This document shows, piece by piece, positions 27,573 through 36,547 of a DNA stretch of 64,000 nucleotides. A model generated the notes under the pieces. It did no database searches and was not told the origin of the DNA. It was given only the letters and a program-made list of their open reading frames with translations. This stretch comes from Acidimicrobiia bacterium. GTDB lineage: Bacteria; Actinomycetota; Acidimicrobiia; IMCC26256; JBMOIJ01. The stretch lies in contig JBMOIJ010000005.1 in NCBI GenBank assembly GCA_049317385.1, forward strand, positions 43,800 to 107,799. The letters run 5' to 3'. A program made the position numbers and the translations under genes. Every line of letters starts with the position of its first letter. Within the stretch, counting starts at the first letter, position 1.

Positions 27573-28448
27573 ATGGAAGTGCACCTCGTCGACGGCACCT
27601 ACGAGTTGTTCCGGCACTGGTTCGCGCTTCCTGGACGACTGAACGACCGGGGACAAGAGATCGACGCGGCTCGCGGGGTTGTCGGTTCCCTGCTCTCGCT
27701 CCTCGAACGGGGCGCAACGCACGTGGGTGTGGCCACCGACCATGTCGTCGAGTCGTTCCGCAACGACTTGTGGGATGGCTACAAGAACGGTGACGGCATC
27801 GAGCCCGAACTGTTCGAACAATTCCCCGTGCTCGAGGGGGCGCTCCGTGCGTTCGGATTCACCGTGTGGCCCATGGTCGAGTTCGAGGCCGACGACGGAC
27901 TGGCCAGTGCCGCGGCGGTCGCGTCTGCCGACCCGCGCGTGGCGCGTGTGCTCATCTGCACTGCCGACAAGGACCTGGGCCAGTGCGTCGGCGGCAAGGT
28001 GGTGCAGTGGGACCGCCGCAAGGACGTCGTGCTCGATTCCGATGCGATCGTGGCGAAGTTCGGCGTGCCGCCGTCGGCCATCGCCGATTACCTGGCCCTC
28101 GTGGGCGACGCCGCCGACGGATTTCCCGGCCTGCCCGGATGGGGGGCGAAGAGTGCGGCCACGGTGCTGGCGCGCTACGGCTCGATCGACGCCATCCCCG
28201 AAGACGCTCGGGCGTGGGACGTCAACGTGCGCGGTGCGGCGAAGCTCGCGAACACGTTGGGGAGCGCGCGCGACGAACTCGAAGTGTTTCGGAAACTCGC
28301 GCGGCTGGTGGTCTCCGCCCCGGTGGGGGTCGTCGACGACTGGGTTTGGACCGGTCCTCAAGACGATCTCGACGAGTGGGCCGAATGCATCGTGGGGCCG
28401 CGCTTCGCGGTGCGGGCGCGGGCGCTGGCCGCCACGCGGCTCGGGTGA
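27573..28448 (+). CDS. 5'-3' exonuclease (FEN / PolI N-terminal domain family)
   Basis: ATG 27573 inside ORF 27084..28448. Acidic clusters EADD and TADKDL. H3TH region LVGDAADGFPGLPGWGAKSA. Confidence 0.85.
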   Translation: MEVHLVDGTYELFRHWFALPGRLNDRGQEIDAARGVVGSLLSLLERGATHVGVATDHVVESFRNDLWDGYKNGDGIEPELFEQFPVLEGALRAFGFTVWPMVEFEADDGLASAAAVASADPRVARVLICTADKDLGQCVGGKVVQWDRRKDVVLDSDAIVAKFGVPPSAIADYLALVGDAADGFPGLPGWGAKSAATVLARYGSIDAIPEDARAWDVNVRGAAKLANTLGSARDELEVFRKLARLVVSAPVGVVDDWVWTGPQDDLDEWAECIVGPRFAVRARALAATRLG

Positions 28449-28480
28449 GCGCGGCTCGGATGATCAGGGAGGCGAATGAC

Positions 28481-29239
28481 ATGAGCGATCTCGAAGGCCG
28501 CACCGCGCTGGTGACGGGTGGTTCCCGCGGTATCGGGCGCGCCATCGTGCTGGAGCTGGCCCAGGCCGGCGCCGACGTCGCCATCAACTATCGCCGTGAC
28601 GCGAACGCCGCCACCGAAGTGGCAGCGATGGCGCGCGACCTCGGTGTTCGCGCTGAAGCGTTCGCTGCTGACGTGTCCGACCCGGTGGAATGCGAATCGC
28701 TGGTGGATGCGGTGGTCGCCCACTTCGGTACGTGTGACGTGCTCGTCAACAACGCCGGCATCGCCAGCCGGGGCCGTACCGTCGTCGACACCGACGTCGC
28801 CGAGATGGAGTTGCTGTTCCGCACCCACGCCCTCAGTGCGTTCACGCTCTCGAAGCGGGTGATCCCCGTCATGCGCGACCGGCCCCGGGGCGACATCGTG
28901 ATGATCTCGAGCGTCGCCACCCAACTGATGGCAGCCAACAGCGCGCCCTACAGCGCGGCGAAGGCCGCCCTCGAAGCGATCGCCGCCACCGTGGCCAAGG
29001 AAGTGCGGGGGGCCGGAATCCATGTGAACACCGTGGCGCCGGGGTTGGTGGTCACCGAAATGGGCCGTCGGCTGGTGCGCGCAACGATGGGGATCGAAGA
29101 CCTCGAAAGGCTCGACGACCGGTTCCCGTTCGGGCGGGTGTGTCGCCCCGAAGACGTGGCCGCGGTTGTGCGGTTCCTCGTCTCCGACGCTGCGGGGTAC
29201 GTGACCGGGCAGCGGATCCAGGTCGACGGCGGCGGCTGA
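28481..29239 (+). CDS. SDR family oxidoreductase (FabG-like)
   Basis: ATG 28481. ALVTGGSRGIGRA, NNAGI and YSAAKAA motifs. Confidence 0.85.
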   Translation: MSDLEGRTALVTGGSRGIGRAIVLELAQAGADVAINYRRDANAATEVAAMARDLGVRAEAFAADVSDPVECESLVDAVVAHFGTCDVLVNNAGIASRGRTVVDTDVAEMELLFRTHALSAFTLSKRVIPVMRDRPRGDIVMISSVATQLMAANSAPYSAAKAALEAIAATVAKEVRGAGIHVNTVAPGLVVTEMGRRLVRATMGIEDLERLDDRFPFGRVCRPEDVAAVVRFLVSDAAGYVTGQRIQVDGGG

Positions 29240-29342
29240 GGCCCCGTCGAACCAATCGAACCCGCCGCTCTGGGGCGCCAGACCCTACGATCCGAGGCGG
29301 CGAGGCTCGGAGGGACCGGGCTCCAAGGACCTCGGGGGAACG

Positions 29343-30929
29343 ATGCCGGCCGGATCAGCCGACGTTGCATCAGGGAAGCACGACCTGCTCGACGGGTATG
29401 CGCCGGGCTGCGCGTACGACGAGATGTACGAGGCTGCCGACCGCCCCCGCGACCATTACCGGGCGCTCTCGAAGGTTCTGGGCACCCTTACCCATGCCGA
29501 GTACAGCGAACGGTGCCGAGTGCGCGACCGCGCGTTCAGCGACCAGGGCATCACGTTCCAGTTGTCGGGCCAGGAAGAGCGGCCGTTCCCCCTCGACCTG
29601 GTGCCGCGCGTCATCGACGCCGACGACTGGGCGGTCATCGATGCGGGGGTGAAGCAGCGGGTCAAGGCGCTCGAAGCGTTCCTCGCCGACGTGTACGGCG
29701 CCGGGGAGATCCTCCAGGACGGCATCATCCCGCGCTCGTTGGTGGTGAGCAGTGAGCACTTCCATCGTGCCGCCGCCGGCATCGAGCCCGCGAACGGGGT
29801 TCGGGTGCACGTGGCCGGCATCGACCTCATTCGCGACGTCGACGGGCGCTACCGGGTGCTCGAGGACAACCTGCGTACCCCGTCGGGCGTGTCGTACGTG
29901 CTCGAGAACCGTCGCGCCATGACGCACGTATTCCCCGAGATGTTCGGCCAGTACCGCATTCGGCGCGTCAGCGAGTACCCCCAGCGGTTGCTCAACGCGT
30001 TGCGAGCCGCAGCGCCCAAGGGGGTCGACGAGCCGAACGTGGTGGTCCTCACGCCGGGTGTCCACAACAGCGCGTACTTCGAGCACTCGTTCCTGGCCCG
30101 CCAGATGGGCGTCGAACTGGTCGAGGGCCGCGACCTCGTATGTCGCGAGAACTCGCTCTACATGCGCACCACCGAAGGCGAGCGTCGCGTCGACGTGGTG
30201 TACCGGCGCGTCGATGACGAATTCCTCGACCCGCTGCACTTCCACGCCAATTCGATCCTGGGCTGCGCCGGCATCGTGAACGCGGCGCGGGCGGGGCGCG
30301 TCACCATCTCCAATGGTGTTGGCAACGGTGTCGCCGACGACAAAGCGGTCTACCCGTACGTGCCGCAGATGATCGAGTACTACCTCAACGAGAAGGCCAT
30401 CCTCGACAACGTCGACACGTGGCGCTGCGGGGAGCCTGAGCACCTCGAGTACGTGCTCGCCCGTGTGGAACAGCTCGTCTTCAAGCCGGTCGACGCCTCT
30501 GGCGGCTACGGGCTGGTGATCGGGCCGCAGGCGAGCGCCGATGAACTGCTGGAGTTGCGCCACAAGGTGATCGACAACCCGCGCGGTTGGATCGCACAGA
30601 CCCCGATTGCGCTCTCCACCTCGCCCACTTTCAACGGCACCGGCATGGCGCCGCGGCACATCGACCTGCGACCGTTTGCAATCAACGACGGTCGCGACGT
30701 TTGGGTCGTCCCCGGCGGGCTCACTCGCGTCGCGTTGCGCGAAGGGTCGCTCATCGTGAACTCGAGTCAGGGAGGCGGGTCGAAGGACACGTGGGTGCTG
30801 GCCGCGCCCGACGAAGCCCCCACGAACGACGAACGCGCATCGGCGGAGCCAGTGGTGCCCCAGCTTGCGAGTCGTCCGCTGGTTGCCGGCCCCGGCCTCG
30901 TGCAGGCCGCGCAACAGCAGCAGCAGTAG
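29343..30929 (+). CDS. circularly permuted type-2 ATP-grasp protein
   Basis: 528 aa. The overall pattern (YDEMY...RDHY N-terminus, GITF..., LEDNLRTPSGVSYVLENR, ISNGVGNGVADDKAVY) matches the CP_ATPgrasp_2 family. The protein ends in QQQQQ. Confidence 0.85.
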   Translation: MPAGSADVASGKHDLLDGYAPGCAYDEMYEAADRPRDHYRALSKVLGTLTHAEYSERCRVRDRAFSDQGITFQLSGQEERPFPLDLVPRVIDADDWAVIDAGVKQRVKALEAFLADVYGAGEILQDGIIPRSLVVSSEHFHRAAAGIEPANGVRVHVAGIDLIRDVDGRYRVLEDNLRTPSGVSYVLENRRAMTHVFPEMFGQYRIRRVSEYPQRLLNALRAAAPKGVDEPNVVVLTPGVHNSAYFEHSFLARQMGVELVEGRDLVCRENSLYMRTTEGERRVDVVYRRVDDEFLDPLHFHANSILGCAGIVNAARAGRVTISNGVGNGVADDKAVYPYVPQMIEYYLNEKAILDNVDTWRCGEPEHLEYVLARVEQLVFKPVDASGGYGLVIGPQASADELLELRHKVIDNPRGWIAQTPIALSTSPTFNGTGMAPRHIDLRPFAINDGRDVWVVPGGLTRVALREGSLIVNSSQGGGSKDTWVLAAPDEAPTNDERASAEPVVPQLASRPLVAGPGLVQAAQQQQQ

Positions 30930-30941
30930 GAGGAGTCCATC

Positions 30942-31904
30942 ATGTTGTCGCGAATCGCGGAATCGCTGTACTGGTTGGGTCGCTTCGTCGAACGTGCCGA
31001 CGACACCGCGCGTCTGCTCGACGTGCAGTACCACCTGCTGCTCGAGGACCCAGGCATCGATGAGGGCGCCGCCTGTCGCGCGCTCCTCGACGTCATGGGG
31101 GCCACCGAGTCCGACATCGCCGGCGACCTCTCGCCCCAAGCCGTGGCGCGCCTGTTGGCCGACGACGCGTACTTCGCCGGTTCCATCCGAGCTTCGCTCG
31201 CTGCGGCCTGGGAGAACGCGCGCGGTGCACGGGAGACCATCAGCGCCCAGATGTGGGAGGTGCTCAACGCCACGCGCCAGCAGCTTCCGCTGCGTGCGTC
31301 GGAGGCCACCAGCATGCGCCCGCATGGATTCTTCGACTGGGTGCGCGAACGCACCACGCTCTTCGCTGGTTTGGCCGACTCCACCATGAGTCGTGACGAG
31401 AGCTGGCAGTTCATGGTGCTGGGACGGGCGCTCGAACGCGCCGACATGACCACCCGAATGCTGGCCGCCCGCTCCGCCGAGGTGCGCAGTGGATGGAACA
31501 CCACGTTGCGCTGTTGCAGCGCGTACGAGGCCTACCTGCGCACCTACCGGCGCACGGTGGAGCCGTCGTTGGCCATCGAGTTCCTGGTCCTCGACCGCCT
31601 GTTCCCGCGCTCCATCTTCCATTCGCTCACCGATGCCGAACAGAGCCTGGCCGAAATCGACCCGCGAGCTGGACGAGTCGGGGTCGACGACGATGCCCGA
31701 CGGCTGTTGGGACGCGTCTGCGCCGAACTCGAGTTCCTGACCATCGAGGAACTGCTCTCGGACCTTCCTGCGCACCTCACCCGCGTGCAGGTCACGTGCA
31801 ACGCGGTGCACGAAGCAGTCGCCGATCGTTACTTCCGGGAGACCACGGCCATCGAGTGGGAGACGGAGTCGGTACTCGTGCTCGAAGGGGGAGACCACGC
31901 ATGA
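30942..31904 (+). CDS. alpha-E domain protein (DUF403)
   Basis: Hallmark N-terminus MLSRIAESLYWLGRFVERAD. 320 aa, all-helical. Confidence 0.8.
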   Translation: MLSRIAESLYWLGRFVERADDTARLLDVQYHLLLEDPGIDEGAACRALLDVMGATESDIAGDLSPQAVARLLADDAYFAGSIRASLAAAWENARGARETISAQMWEVLNATRQQLPLRASEATSMRPHGFFDWVRERTTLFAGLADSTMSRDESWQFMVLGRALERADMTTRMLAARSAEVRSGWNTTLRCCSAYEAYLRTYRRTVEPSLAIEFLVLDRLFPRSIFHSLTDAEQSLAEIDPRAGRVGVDDDARRLLGRVCAELEFLTIEELLSDLPAHLTRVQVTCNAVHEAVADRYFRETTAIEWETESVLVLEGGDHA

Positions 31905-32749
31905 GTTGGAAGATCCGGGTGCGCCACCACACCGGCTACGAGTACGCCGGCACCGTGATTGCCTCGTACAACGAAGCGCGTATCTCGCCGCTCGACACGC
32001 AGTCGCAGTTCATCATCGAGCACCGCGTCGAGGTGCAGCCCGGTGCGCACGTGTACCGGTACCGCGACTACTGGGGTACTCGCGTGCACGCGTTCGACGT
32101 CCACACGCCACACAGTCGGCTCGACGTCATCGGTCACTCGGTCGTCGAGACCTCGGGGCGGCCCATTGCGCCCGAAGTCGCAGAGATCAGTTGGGAGCAA
32201 CTGGGGTCGCCGGCGGTGAGCGACCGCTTCTGCGAGTTCCTCGCTCCCAGCCGTTACGCGCCGAACTTCGACGATGCGGAGAACATTGCCCTCACGTTGC
32301 GCTTCGAACCCACCCCCGGGCAGGCGGTGCGCGTGCTCGGTGAGTGGATCCGTGACCACCTGCGGTACGAGCGCGGCTACACCAACGCGAACACCACGGC
32401 CGATGAAGTGTTCGGCGCCCGCGCTGGTGTGTGTCAGGACTTTGCGCACCTCGCGTTGTCCGTGCTGCGTGCGGCCGGTATTCCGGCGCGTTACGCCAGC
32501 GGGTACCTACACCCTCACGAGGAAGCTGCGCTCAACGAAGTGGTCGAGGGCCAGAGTCACGCATGGATCGAGGTCTGGCTGGGTGATTGGTTGCCCATCG
32601 ACCCCACCAGTGGCGCGCCCGTTGCGGAACGGCACCTCTTGGTGGCGCGCGGACGCGACTACGACGACGTGCCGCCACTCAAGGGCGTGTTCCATGGCGC
32701 GCCCAGCGAGACACTGTCGGTCACGGTCGACCTCACCCGCGTGGCCTGA
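31901..32749 (+). CDS. transglutaminase family protein (Bact_transglu_N plus transglutaminase core)
   Basis: ATG 31901 (ATGA overlap with the alpha-E stop). IRVRHHTGYEY N-terminal domain. Catalytic Cys in GVCQDFAH, His in SHAWIEVW, Asp in IDPT. Confidence 0.85.
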   Translation: MSWKIRVRHHTGYEYAGTVIASYNEARISPLDTQSQFIIEHRVEVQPGAHVYRYRDYWGTRVHAFDVHTPHSRLDVIGHSVVETSGRPIAPEVAEISWEQLGSPAVSDRFCEFLAPSRYAPNFDDAENIALTLRFEPTPGQAVRVLGEWIRDHLRYERGYTNANTTADEVFGARAGVCQDFAHLALSVLRAAGIPARYASGYLHPHEEAALNEVVEGQSHAWIEVWLGDWLPIDPTSGAPVAERHLLVARGRDYDDVPPLKGVFHGAPSETLSVTVDLTRVA

Positions 32750-32793
32750 GGCGTTTTTCACTGTCAAATACCCAGCTCAGAAACGCCTCAGGT
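32745..32793 (+). repeat. intergenic hairpin-forming repeat, copy A
   Basis: 32748-32789 matches the reverse complement of 58725-58766 at 37/42 positions, and the 30-nt core matches at 29/30. Perfect 12-bp stem 32745-32756 / 32781-32792. The stem includes the TGA of the upstream gene. Confidence 0.8.
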
Positions 32794-32868
32794 CGGGGGC
32801 GGCGGAAGGCCAAGGCGTAGGAGAGCCAACCACCATCCTCGAACCTGTCGTACCCCCTCGGTACCGTC

Positions 32869-34101
32869 ATGGCCATGAGTGGAACTGCAGTCGTCATCGG
32901 TGTCGTCACCCTCCTGGTCGGTTTGGGCGGGGGAGCTGCCATCGCGTTGGTCGTTGCGAAACGGGGGCAGCAAGGGCACGCACAGCTTGCTGAGGAGCTG
33001 CGGGCGGCGGCCGAGACGCAGCGTCAGCTCATCGAGGCGTCGCGTGATCAGACACTGCAAGCCGCACTCGAACAGCTCGTCACCGCGAACCGCGCCATTG
33101 CCGAGCAACAGGCGAAGGTGGGCGAGGCCGCGCTCGGCGGCAAGACGGTCCTCATCGACCAACAGCTGCGGGCCATGCAACAGCAGCTGGCCGGCGAGCT
33201 CCAGAAGGTCACCGGGCTGGTGAGCGAACTCGAGAAGGACCGCCAACTGAAGTTCGGGCGGCTCGCCGAAGCGCTGGACCAGCAGAACCAGCAGCTCGTC
33301 TCGCTGTCGGGCACCGCACAGTCGCTGCGCGAGGTGCTGGCCAGTCAAAAGGTGCGCGGGCAATGGGGCGAGCGCATGGCCGAGGACGTGCTGCACGTGG
33401 CGGGCCTCATCGAGAACGTCAACTACCGCAAGCAAAAGGCCCTCGACGATCGCTCGGGCATTCCCGACTACACGTTCCTGTTGCCCCACGACATGGTCGT
33501 GCACATGGACGTGAAGTTCCCACTCGACAACTACGTGCGCTATCTCGAAGCGGAAGACGAACTCGCGCGGAAGCGGTTCCGCGACGATTTCCTGCGCGAC
33601 GTGCGCGCCAAGATCAAAGAGCTGGCCAAGCGCGAGTACGAAGCCGGTCCTGACTCACTCGACTGTGTGCTGCTCTTCATTCCCAACGAAGCGTTGTACG
33701 CGTTCATCCACGAGGAGGACCGCGAGCTGCTCGAAGAAGGCATGCGGCACCGCATCGTGCTCTGCTCGCCGGCCACGCTCTTCGCCGTGTTGGCTGTCAT
33801 TCGCCAGGCCGCCGATACGTTCCGCCTCGAGCGCGCGTCCAGCGAGATCCTCGAGTTGCTTGCCACGTTCAAGCAGCAGTGGGGCAAGTACTGCGAGCAG
33901 ATGGAGAAGCTCGGTCAGAGGATCGACCAGACCAGCAAGGAGTACCAGACGCTCGTCGGGACGCGCGCCAACATGCTCGAACGTCCGCTCAACAAGATCG
34001 CGGCGCTCGAAGCCGCCACGCTCGATGTCCTCGATGCTACCGACGACGACTCCTCGGCGTTCGGCGTAGCGGGGGAGCAGCCGCTCACCCTCGACGCCTG
34101 A
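32869..34101 (+). CDS. rmuC: DNA recombination protein RmuC
   Basis: 410 aa. N-terminal TM helix, a long Gln/Leu/Ala coiled coil, and a C-terminal RmuC region (DYTFLLP, VHMDVKFPL, VLLFIPNEA). Confidence 0.85.
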   Translation: MAMSGTAVVIGVVTLLVGLGGGAAIALVVAKRGQQGHAQLAEELRAAAETQRQLIEASRDQTLQAALEQLVTANRAIAEQQAKVGEAALGGKTVLIDQQLRAMQQQLAGELQKVTGLVSELEKDRQLKFGRLAEALDQQNQQLVSLSGTAQSLREVLASQKVRGQWGERMAEDVLHVAGLIENVNYRKQKALDDRSGIPDYTFLLPHDMVVHMDVKFPLDNYVRYLEAEDELARKRFRDDFLRDVRAKIKELAKREYEAGPDSLDCVLLFIPNEALYAFIHEEDRELLEEGMRHRIVLCSPATLFAVLAVIRQAADTFRLERASSEILELLATFKQQWGKYCEQMEKLGQRIDQTSKEYQTLVGTRANMLERPLNKIAALEAATLDVLDATDDDSSAFGVAGEQPLTLDA

Positions 34102-34108
34102 GCGCAGG

Positions 34109-34882
34109 TCAGTCGAGGCGAAGCAGCTCGGCGGCCACCGGGCAATCCGTTGCGGCCACCACATCGCACACCGGGCCCCGCCCGTGGGGCCCCACGGCGG
34201 ACCCGAACGTCACCAGGGGTGTGTCCTCAAGGGTTGCGTCCAGTGGGTCCAGGCGCGACGCCATCGTGTTCCCCAACGCCGGCGGAAGGGCGCGACCGCG
34301 GGGCACCAGCAACCAGCGGTCGGCCGTGGCGTTGGTGTCGAGCACGGCGCGGGCGCCGGACGGCAGCCACGCACCATCGGGGGTAGCCCATCCGGGTACC
34401 GCCAACACATGGCTCGGTTCGAGTGCGGACACCTCGAGGTCGCCGACCACGCGCACCGATGCACCGGCTTCGCGCAATGCCCGCATGGTGCCGCCGCCGG
34501 GCAGGCGCACGCTGACGAGGTCGAGATCAGGGCGACGCCACGACAGGTCAGCCACCACCGCCGCGTCACCAACCACCGCGACCGGCTGGTCATGAGGAAA
34601 CGGGAGCGCGTCGGCAACGCGGTCGAGCGTGGGATCGTCCATGAGTGCATCGGCGGCCTCGATGGCCGCGCCCCGTGAGTTCGCTGCGCACAGCACGCGT
34701 GCCGCCACCCACCACATGGGTGCCTCGTCGCGGCGCTGCGCGCACGCTCGCCGGAGCGCCATCACCAGTGCGGCGTCGTCGTCGAAGGACTCCAGGCATT
34801 GGGCCACGTCGATGGCCAACTCGCGTCCGGTCGTGCCACCGTGGCGGACCAGTGACCGCAGGTGCTCGAAGGCCCAGCTCAC
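34109..34882 (-). CDS. hypothetical protein (257 aa)
   Basis: GTG 34882 overlaps the stop of the upstream acyl-CoA dehydrogenase (GTGA). GC3-rich codons. Family not recognised. Confidence 0.5.
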   Translation of the reverse strand: MSWAFEHLRSLVRHGGTTGRELAIDVAQCLESFDDDAALVMALRRACAQRRDEAPMWWVAARVLCAANSRGAAIEAADALMDDPTLDRVADALPFPHDQPVAVVGDAAVVADLSWRRPDLDLVSVRLPGGGTMRALREAGASVRVVGDLEVSALEPSHVLAVPGWATPDGAWLPSGARAVLDTNATADRWLLVPRGRALPPALGNTMASRLDPLDATLEDTPLVTFGSAVGPHGRGPVCDVVAATDCPVAAELLRLD

Positions 34883-36108
34883 GTTGCCGTGGGGCTCGGT
34901 GGTTTCGCTTCCTTCGGCAGCCCCAAGACGCGTTCACCGATGATGTTGCGCATGATCTCGTCGGTGCCGCCGGCGATGCGCATGCCGCTCAGTCCCATGA
35001 CGTACTCACCCCAGGAGTAGGTGCCCCACTCGCCGGTGTCGGCCACCAAGCGGGGCCCGAGGATCTCGGAGACGAGGTGCGTTCCGTGCTGCATGGCCGC
35101 AACCAGCGACATCTTGCCGAGCGAACCTTCCGGGCCTGGCATCTGGCCGGCCTTCAGTTTCTGGGCGGCGCGACGGTTGTTGAGCGACGCCACCATGTTG
35201 AGTTCGTAGAGGCGCGCCAGTGCTTGGCGGACGACCGGATCGTCGGCGCACCCGAAGTGGCGGGCCATCTCGACGAAGCGCGTGATGGAGCCGCCGCCAC
35301 CGCCGCCACCGCTTCCGCCGATTGCGGCCCGCTCGTTCATGAGCGTGGTGAGCGCCACGCCCCAGCCGGCGTCGACATCGCCGAGGCGGTGCGAATCGGG
35401 GACCCGGACCTCGTCGAGGAACACTTCGTTGAAGCTCGCCCCACCGGTCATCTGACGGAGTGGCCGTACCTCCACGCCGGGCGCGTGCATGTCGATGACG
35501 AATGCCGTGAGGTTGCGATGACGCGGTTTGTCGGGCGAGGTGACCGTGAGGATTTCGCCGATGTCGGAGTACTGCGCGCCGCTCGTCCACACCTTCTGGC
35601 CGGTGATCACCCACTCGTCGCCGTCGCGTTCGGCTTTGGTCTGGATCCCCGCGAGGTCCGAGCCCGCAACCGGTTCCGAGAACAGCTGACAGGCGATGAT
35701 GTCGCCGCGGTAGAGCGGGCGGAGGTACTGCTCGCGCACTGCAGGGATGGCGTGCGCCAGGATCGTGGGCGCAATCATGCCGAGCCCGATGAGGAACGGG
35801 TGCTGGTTCGGGATCTGGTAGTCGCTCAAGAGCCCGCGGTAGATGCGCTCGTGCTCGCCGGTGAGCGCGCGTCCGCCGTACTCGGTTGGTCCGGTGATCC
35901 AGCCGAACCCGGCGTCGAACTCGGTGCGTTTCCACTCCTTGGCGGCCGCCACTTCCGCCGCTTCCTCTTCCTCGGAGCGCTCGTCGAGCACGCCCACTGC
36001 GTCGGACCCTTCGCCCCAGACGAACTGGTCGGAGGTGGCGGATCGGCGGGGGGCGTGCGCGTCGAGGAATGCGCGGGCGTCGGCGGAGAAGGCGTCGAGG
36101 TCGGTCAT
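34879..36108 (-). CDS. acyl-CoA dehydrogenase family protein
   Basis: 409 aa. Typical ACAD segments (QLFSEPVAGSDLAG, KVWTSGAQYSD, IAGGTDEIMRNIIGERVLGLP). Contains an unusual GGSGGGGGGGS insertion. Confidence 0.85.
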   Translation of the reverse strand: MTDLDAFSADARAFLDAHAPRRSATSDQFVWGEGSDAVGVLDERSEEEEAAEVAAAKEWKRTEFDAGFGWITGPTEYGGRALTGEHERIYRGLLSDYQIPNQHPFLIGLGMIAPTILAHAIPAVREQYLRPLYRGDIIACQLFSEPVAGSDLAGIQTKAERDGDEWVITGQKVWTSGAQYSDIGEILTVTSPDKPRHRNLTAFVIDMHAPGVEVRPLRQMTGGASFNEVFLDEVRVPDSHRLGDVDAGWGVALTTLMNERAAIGGSGGGGGGGSITRFVEMARHFGCADDPVVRQALARLYELNMVASLNNRRAAQKLKAGQMPGPEGSLGKMSLVAAMQHGTHLVSEILGPRLVADTGEWGTYSWGEYVMGLSGMRIAGGTDEIMRNIIGERVLGLPKEAKPPSPTAT

Positions 36109-36117
36109 GGCTCGACC

Positions 36118-36489
36118 TTATGACGAGAACTCGGTCCGGTCTCGCACTGCGGCGAACACGTCGGGCAGCACGCCCAGCGCCTCGGAGTTGGCGCGGAGGC
36201 GGGCGACGTCACCAGTGATCGTCAGGCGTCCGGCCGCCAGCGCCGACTGGGCGTTCGTTCGGCCCTGGGCGATAGCTCGAGCTGTGGCCGCATCGAGGCA
36301 GAGCGAGGTGTCGGCCTCGGCGTCGGTGAGGGCCACAGTGGCGCCGGTGAATTCCAGCGTGTAGCGCACCGGAGCCGGTGCGGCGTCGGTGACCTCGATG
36401 CCGAGGCGGAGCGTGAACCCGAGGTCGGTGGTCGCCGTGGCACACGCCGCTCCCAGCGCGGCCAGCCATTCAGGGGAGAGGAACTGCAT
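36118..36489 (-). CDS. SCP2 sterol-binding-domain protein
   Basis: ATG 36489 inside ORF 36118..36639. FLSPEWLAAL start and AQSALAAGRLTITGD are typical of SCP2-like lipid-carrier domains. Confidence 0.6.
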   Translation of the reverse strand: MQFLSPEWLAALGAACATATTDLGFTLRLGIEVTDAAPAPVRYTLEFTGATVALTDAEADTSLCLDAATARAIAQGRTNAQSALAAGRLTITGDVARLRANSEALGVLPDVFAAVRDRTEFSS

Positions 36490-36547
36490 GGTGGGGACGA
36501 TATGCGAGGCGGCGGGCCCCGCCGCCCCTCTCGTCCGGCGATGGGCG

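Noticed and set aside
30911-30929. The CAG run encoding QQQQQ at the C-terminus of the ATP-grasp protein, considered as a possible slippage or phase-variation tract.
   Set aside because: There are only five codons, with the run broken by CAA. That is too short and too imperfect to argue for phase variation, so it is noted only as a descriptive feature.
29370-31898. The longest ORF in the window, 842 aa on the minus strand.
   Set aside because: It lies exactly antisense to the ATP-grasp and alpha-E genes, which have clear family motifs. Its translation is Arg/Gly/His/Val-rich and of low complexity, as expected for stop-poor antisense frames in GC-rich DNA.
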